From the IMG/VR virus record IMGVR_UViG_3300006213_002470: 64,000 bases of DNA. One strand, written 5' to 3'. The notes under the pieces are model-generated. The model ran no database searches. It worked only from the letters and a program-made list of their open reading frames with translations, and was not told the DNA's origin. Made by a program: the position numbers and the translations under genes. Shown here piece after piece: positions 59,693-64,000 of this stretch. Position 1 is the first letter of the stretch. Each line of letters opens with the position of its first letter. The stretch is from an uncultured virus (IMG/VR IMGVR_UViG_3300006213_002470) (Duplodnaviria > Heunggongvirae > Uroviricota > Caudoviricetes).

Positions 59693-60523
59693 CTACGCCA
59701 CCTTTTTTAGGGCGTCAGTATAAGCCTCCAGTTTCTTTAATGCAATATCAAGAAGCTGATCCATAACAAACGTCTTGCATACCCAGTTAGGATCAAAATT
59801 GTCAAAACTATAATAATTGTAACCATCACAGCCAAGCAAAAAAACACCGTACTCCTCTCCATCACATTCCTTTTTCTCTTCAGCAAAGCAGACCCAAAAC
59901 GGCATCCAGATATCATGCTCCAACCTGCTTATATGAAGATCTTCTTCCTTGCACACCGTCTGTATCAGATCTGCATCCTGTTTCTTAAGCGCATTATATG
60001 TAATCAGTTTCTCATTTAATAAAATGCCAAGATTAAAGTAATCCGTATAACGTACCGCCTCATTCACTAATTTCTCCTCATTCTCAAAGAATTTTCTCGC
60101 AAAACCTTCCACGCCGCATTCATCCAGAAATTCCATATACGCCTTATGAAACCGCTCCTCTTCCGAATCTTCACTGCCCCCGGAATCACCAGAAACCTCA
60201 ATGTCCCCACATTCATGTCGAAAACACATACATTTCCATCCGTTAACGTTGACAGCCGTATGCATAATATCCGACATCTCCTCGTCCCAAAAACAATAAT
60301 CCTCTTGTGCCTCGTCATCTGCACCTACTAACCTTGTGGGATCATACGTTCTAACAAGCTCCGGCTGATACTTTTCCCAAAAAAGGTTCAAGTACCGTAA
60401 AATCAGATTGCACAGGTTAGCCCGGAGCGGGGACGAAGCATGATAATTACCCGTTATGTACTCATCGAGCACAGTATCATCAAACGGACAGGTATCTATT
60501 TTCAAAATATCTTCCAACGTCAC
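59693..60523 (-). CDS. Hypothetical protein in PRTRC-type operon (paralogue 2)
   Basis: GTG start with AGGAGG RBS; N-terminus MTLEDILKIDTCPFD similar to neighbour. Confidence 0.7.
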   Translation of the reverse strand: MTLEDILKIDTCPFDDTVLDEYITGNYHASSPLRANLCNLILRYLNLFWEKYQPELVRTYDPTRLVGADDEAQEDYCFWDEEMSDIMHTAVNVNGWKCMCFRHECGDIEVSGDSGGSEDSEEERFHKAYMEFLDECGVEGFARKFFENEEKLVNEAVRYTDYFNLGILLNEKLITYNALKKQDADLIQTVCKEEDLHISRLEHDIWMPFWVCFAEEKKECDGEEYGVFLLGCDGYNYYSFDNFDPNWVCKTFVMDQLLDIALKKLEAYTDALKKVA

Positions 60524-61311
60524 ATTTTGTCCTCCTTGTTCATTTTAAATAATTCCATTGCATACTCCAGCAGTTTATCCAGCACTGCAATCCTGATGAA
60601 AAACAAACTATTCATCATCCGAAAGTTCACAGCGCCATCACCATTCCAACCTTCAAACAGGCCCAGTAAATACTTGCCTGCATCAAGCATGCAAAAATCT
60701 TCCTCGAATTTTATACATAACGGTCTACAGATTTCCTTCAGCAGTTCTTCAATTTTTTTATCCCCTTCCGAAAAAGCCAGCTTGACTTTCCGGTAGTTTT
60801 GTTTCCTGAACTGCAGATACCATCCTAAATTATAATTCCAAAAAATATAGTATTTTGCATTGCTGCGATTTGGTTTTAGGATTTTTTTCATTTTTCTAAC
60901 CAGCTTTGCCGCGCTTTTCCACTCTCCCAGTTGGCACGGCTCCGTATCCGGCAGCCGTGTCAGAACCTTCTCCTTGTATACCATAATTCTGTACTGCCAG
61001 TTGCATTCCGTCATTACCTGCGTAAAAATTTTTCCGGCAAACTCTCCTGAATACCACTGCATGATATAGTTCTCGATATTCACGCTTTTATCCTTTCCTG
61101 ACAAACAGTAATTAACAACCGGCAAAGAGACAGCTATATTCATATCCGCAATAAATTTTTCAATATACCGGTAAAGCAGAAGAAAACGTACCCATTTTTC
61201 AACTGACAGATGCGATGATACATAGGTGGAAACCCATATCTTACTTATATCATATACCATTCCTTCATCAATCGGAGTCGTATCAATGGCAAGAATATCT
61301 TCCAAGTTCAT
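60520..61311 (-). CDS. Hypothetical protein in PRTRC-type operon (paralogue 1)
   Basis: ATGA overlap with the ThiF gene; MNLEDILAIDTTPID. Confidence 0.7.
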   Translation of the reverse strand: MNLEDILAIDTTPIDEGMVYDISKIWVSTYVSSHLSVEKWVRFLLLYRYIEKFIADMNIAVSLPVVNYCLSGKDKSVNIENYIMQWYSGEFAGKIFTQVMTECNWQYRIMVYKEKVLTRLPDTEPCQLGEWKSAAKLVRKMKKILKPNRSNAKYYIFWNYNLGWYLQFRKQNYRKVKLAFSEGDKKIEELLKEICRPLCIKFEEDFCMLDAGKYLLGLFEGWNGDGAVNFRMMNSLFFIRIAVLDKLLEYAMELFKMNKEDKM

Positions 61312-62015
61312 GATGCCTCCTCCCTCGGCGTCCGATCCATTGAATAGCACTTGAACGCATCAAAGAAAACAATTCCGCCTGGCCAGTCATCCGAAAGAAA
61401 CTTTATCGTATTAGCCAGCAGGATTAATGCTGCGAACTGGTTTGTTAAGAGATGCTGCGGTTCTGCCTGGTTCAAGACCTCACAGCTCTCCTCGCTCCTT
61501 TTTACAGCCCCCTCCTGCAGCACATCAGGAAAATAACTTGCCCTGTCAGGGTACATTTCCATCCCACCTATCCGCGATCCAATAACGATTTCTCCCGACT
61601 GATATTCATTTGCACTATCCATGTAGATACAATGTTCCCTGTTCATATAAAAACTGTGCATGCTCTGCCTGCACTGGTGGTTATCGACACACCCCACCAG
61701 AAAAACAAGCGAGTTGTCCCTCACAAGCTTTTCTATGTCCTTTTCGCAGTCAATATAACCGTCATAGTAATCCACGGAAAGACCATACGCCTGAGAAAGC
61801 ATCTCAGCCATGACCTGCGCCTTATTATACCCTATATCCTGCGGCAAAAAAGCCTGCCTTACCAGATTTTTGTCCTCAACCTGATCACCGTCAACCAGGA
61901 CTATACGTATTTCATCGTTCCGCAGGCACCTGTTTCCATAAAGATATCTTCCAAGTTCCTTGATATAATGGCTTCCCGTGCCGCCACATCCAACAATGAC
62001 AATATCACTTTTCAT
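61308..62015 (-). CDS. ThiF/E1-like adenylyltransferase (PRTRC type)
   Basis: VGCGGTGS, VDGDQVEDKNLVRQ, NKAQV, GCVDN, DSAN, putative catalytic SC...Q...TN. Confidence 0.9.
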   Translation of the reverse strand: MKSDIVIVGCGGTGSHYIKELGRYLYGNRCLRNDEIRIVLVDGDQVEDKNLVRQAFLPQDIGYNKAQVMAEMLSQAYGLSVDYYDGYIDCEKDIEKLVRDNSLVFLVGCVDNHQCRQSMHSFYMNREHCIYMDSANEYQSGEIVIGSRIGGMEMYPDRASYFPDVLQEGAVKRSEESCEVLNQAEPQHLLTNQFAALILLANTIKFLSDDWPGGIVFFDAFKCYSMDRTPREEAS

Positions 62016-63762
62016 TTGTCTTATCCTCCATTTCAAAAACATCACTCAGCTTCAGCATTTTGTAATTTCCGGCAATGCCGGCACGCAGCTTATGGGTAAT
62101 TTCTTTCTTGTCAAGGTTGCCAAATACCATAAACAGGCGCGTGCCTTTCTCGTCATTATCATCTATGGACGAAAAAAAGGCATTCATGCTTCCATGACTA
62201 TGTATATCCATAACCAATACTTTGTCATTTTCCATATCGTGGTTGCGCGTAAAAACAACACTTGCAGACGTCACTTGCTGTTCCGGATAATATATTTCAT
62301 ACTTTTCCGTTTCCAAGTTATAAAAAATCTGCACGGCAGCTTCCTTGCGCGGATTTCTCTTAAAAAAGGCAACAACATCCATCAAAATCCCATAAGGAAT
62401 CTTTTTTTCCGTCATCCTGAAATCCACATCGGAACCGTCTTCCCTGCAGTCAAAACATCCATACGGCATCTGCTCAATTCTGTAAACAGAACCATCACGC
62501 CCCGTTACAATAAAAAACCCCTGATTCTTGCGCACATTCATTATCTGAACGCCTTTCCGGGAGCCTTTGAGTACTGGAATAACAAATCCCCTTTCGTCAT
62601 AATGCATTTCTGTACGCTCTTTTGAAAATTCCGGATAAATGCGCTCTATCACTGTACGGATTTCTTGCAGCGTAGCCGACTCTGCGTTTTTCAGGTCTTC
62701 TTTCTCAACCATCATTGTAAAGCCGGATCCACGTACAAGAATAGGCAGGCCAATCCGTTCGTTGTCCATCTCCTTTTTAAACTCCAATACTGGGAACAGC
62801 AGGTTAATTTCTGCATTATAAACGAACATTCCGTTTTCGTACTCAGGATGCTTTTTCCCATAAGTTTTACGGATTTCCTCTAAAGTCACCTGTTCTTTTT
62901 CCGCATTTCCAAAATCCACGCCAGTATACGTTTCCTTTTGATCCAGATATCCTATTTGGATAGGCAGGCTGTACTTCTTACCCTTGATTTCGGTACCGCC
63001 TAACATATATGGGAACAGCAGGCTGTTTCTCTCATCATAACAGAAATGACAACCCGCATATTCAGGATACTCTTTCACCCAGGCCTCGCGAATTTCTTCA
63101 AGCGAAGCCTTTTCCTTTATTTCCAGTTCATATTTCCCGACTTTAACAGTTAACGGAAATGCGATGGTCTGATCCTTTTTTACTTCCTGATACTGGATAT
63201 CCAGCTTGACCCAGCACCCTCCGCTCTGACTGGTTTTTTCATCTGTTTGTCCGTCATCAGATCCACCGCCTGTCTCCGCAGCTTCTTCCTCAGCATCCAG
63301 TTCTTCATCCTGCTCCTCGCCCTCATCTTCATTCCCATAATCTTCTTCAGACGCAGCTTCCGCAATGTCTAACGGTTCTTCTTCAGTTCGGTCTTTCTCA
63401 TCATCCGCGTCTGTATTTTCCGCAAGCTTTTCCATTGTTTCATGCAGCCTCGTAAATTCATTGCTGAACTTTACAAGACTGAACTGAATACCGCTCAATT
63501 CAGGATACAGCTTACGAAGCTCTGTCTTTATTTCGTTTTCGCCCAGAGTCACTCCTCCAAACTGCTCATTCGTAAGCGTACACTGGATATATCCGCTTCT
63601 GATCCGCACGGGTAACTGATAGCGTCCACCCTGCTTTACGGGCTTTTTTTCCTTCTTCGCTGTTTTTCCGCTGCCCTTTCCTTTTGCACCTTTCTTCTTG
63701 TTAGCCACATCCTCACTGCTGATTCCAAATAATTCTGCTAAACTGCTACTGCTCATAATCAT
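62005..63762 (-). CDS. Fusion of four Ubl-like (PRTRC C/E-type) repeats and a C-terminal JAB/MPN metallopeptidase
   Basis: Four P...EI(R/K)...(Y/H)PE repeats, the last ending KGSRKG; JAMM motif E...DIHSHGSMNAFFSSIDD. Confidence 0.8.
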   Translation of the reverse strand: MIMSSSSLAELFGISSEDVANKKKGAKGKGSGKTAKKEKKPVKQGGRYQLPVRIRSGYIQCTLTNEQFGGVTLGENEIKTELRKLYPELSGIQFSLVKFSNEFTRLHETMEKLAENTDADDEKDRTEEEPLDIAEAASEEDYGNEDEGEEQDEELDAEEEAAETGGGSDDGQTDEKTSQSGGCWVKLDIQYQEVKKDQTIAFPLTVKVGKYELEIKEKASLEEIREAWVKEYPEYAGCHFCYDERNSLLFPYMLGGTEIKGKKYSLPIQIGYLDQKETYTGVDFGNAEKEQVTLEEIRKTYGKKHPEYENGMFVYNAEINLLFPVLEFKKEMDNERIGLPILVRGSGFTMMVEKEDLKNAESATLQEIRTVIERIYPEFSKERTEMHYDERGFVIPVLKGSRKGVQIMNVRKNQGFFIVTGRDGSVYRIEQMPYGCFDCREDGSDVDFRMTEKKIPYGILMDVVAFFKRNPRKEAAVQIFYNLETEKYEIYYPEQQVTSASVVFTRNHDMENDKVLVMDIHSHGSMNAFFSSIDDNDEKGTRLFMVFGNLDKKEITHKLRAGIAGNYKMLKLSDVFEMEDKTNEK

Positions 63763-63771
63763 ATCCTCCTT

Positions 63772-64000
63772 TTATTTTTTCCATGTCATTAAATCTTTCA
63801 GGCACATATTCCCTCTCTGCTTTTTTATTGGCATAAGATATTCTTCTGGGAAATCCTGTTTGTTATGGAGCTGCTCAAATAGTTCACGCAGCGGTATATC
63901 CTTCACTCCAATACACTTTTCTGACTTATACAGATCCGAGTTGCATGGACTCTGTATAAACAGCGTCATTACCATTTCCAGCCTCTTTATTTCCAGGATG
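63772..64000 (-). CDS. Partial gene (3' end), probably PRTRC protein B / prokaryotic E2 family D
   Basis: Frame open to the window edge; LFIQSPCNSDL...LRELFEQL...FPEEYLMP...LKDL; sits upstream of the JAB and ThiF genes. Confidence 0.5.
   Translation of the reverse strand, partial: ILEIKRLEMVMTLFIQSPCNSDLYKSEKCIGVKDIPLRELFEQLHNKQDFPEEYLMPIKKQRGNMCLKDLMTWKK

Larger units (their letters stand above)
1..64000. mobile_element. Segment of a large ICE or conjugative megaplasmid with inserted cargo islands
   Basis: No housekeeping genes; ssb, tyrosine recombinase-like gene, Tad locus, PRTRC operon, UvrD and many small co-oriented hypothetical genes; mosaic GC content. Element ends, relaxase and T4SS are not in the window. 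Confidence 0.75.

Noticed and set aside
1..64000. CRISPR array, retron, DGR or group II intron
   Set aside because: No regularly spaced repeat-spacer array and no reverse transcriptase or cas gene seen; the Cas4-like motif is part of a helicase fusion

Overview
This window looks like part of a large Firmicutes (probably Lachnospiraceae-like, inferred from gene content) conjugative element or megaplasmid. Nearly all backbone genes are on the minus strand. Reading that strand from right to left: (1) a PRTRC-type prokaryotic ubiquitin-like operon (partial E2-like gene, a four-repeat Ubl-like plus JAB peptidase fusion, ThiF/E1, two paralogous unknowns) followed by a nuclease-UvrD fusion and a HolA-like gene; (2) two large unknown genes; (3) a GC-rich Xre-LytTR-GHKL module with an orphan AgrB, a decayed IS4-like element and a low-GC radical SAM/glycosyltransferase cluster; (4) a divergent protein resembling a degenerate PolA; (5) cargo bracketed by a duplicated gene 3' end; (6) a Tad/Flp pilus locus and a cold-shock gene; (7) a complete agr-like quorum-sensing locus with secreted-protein cargo, where four dispersed promoters share the same LytTR-type direct repeat; (8) a leading-region-like block of small genes (ssb, NT5C, AAA ATPase, PAPS-reductase-like, DUF2958, DpnD, DUF5688-YkgJ) ending in a tyrosine recombinase with degenerate catalytic residues, preceded by a perfect 20-bp inverted repeat. 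No rRNA, full tRNA, CRISPR array or reverse transcriptase was seen. All family calls come from motif recognition by eye, not database searches.
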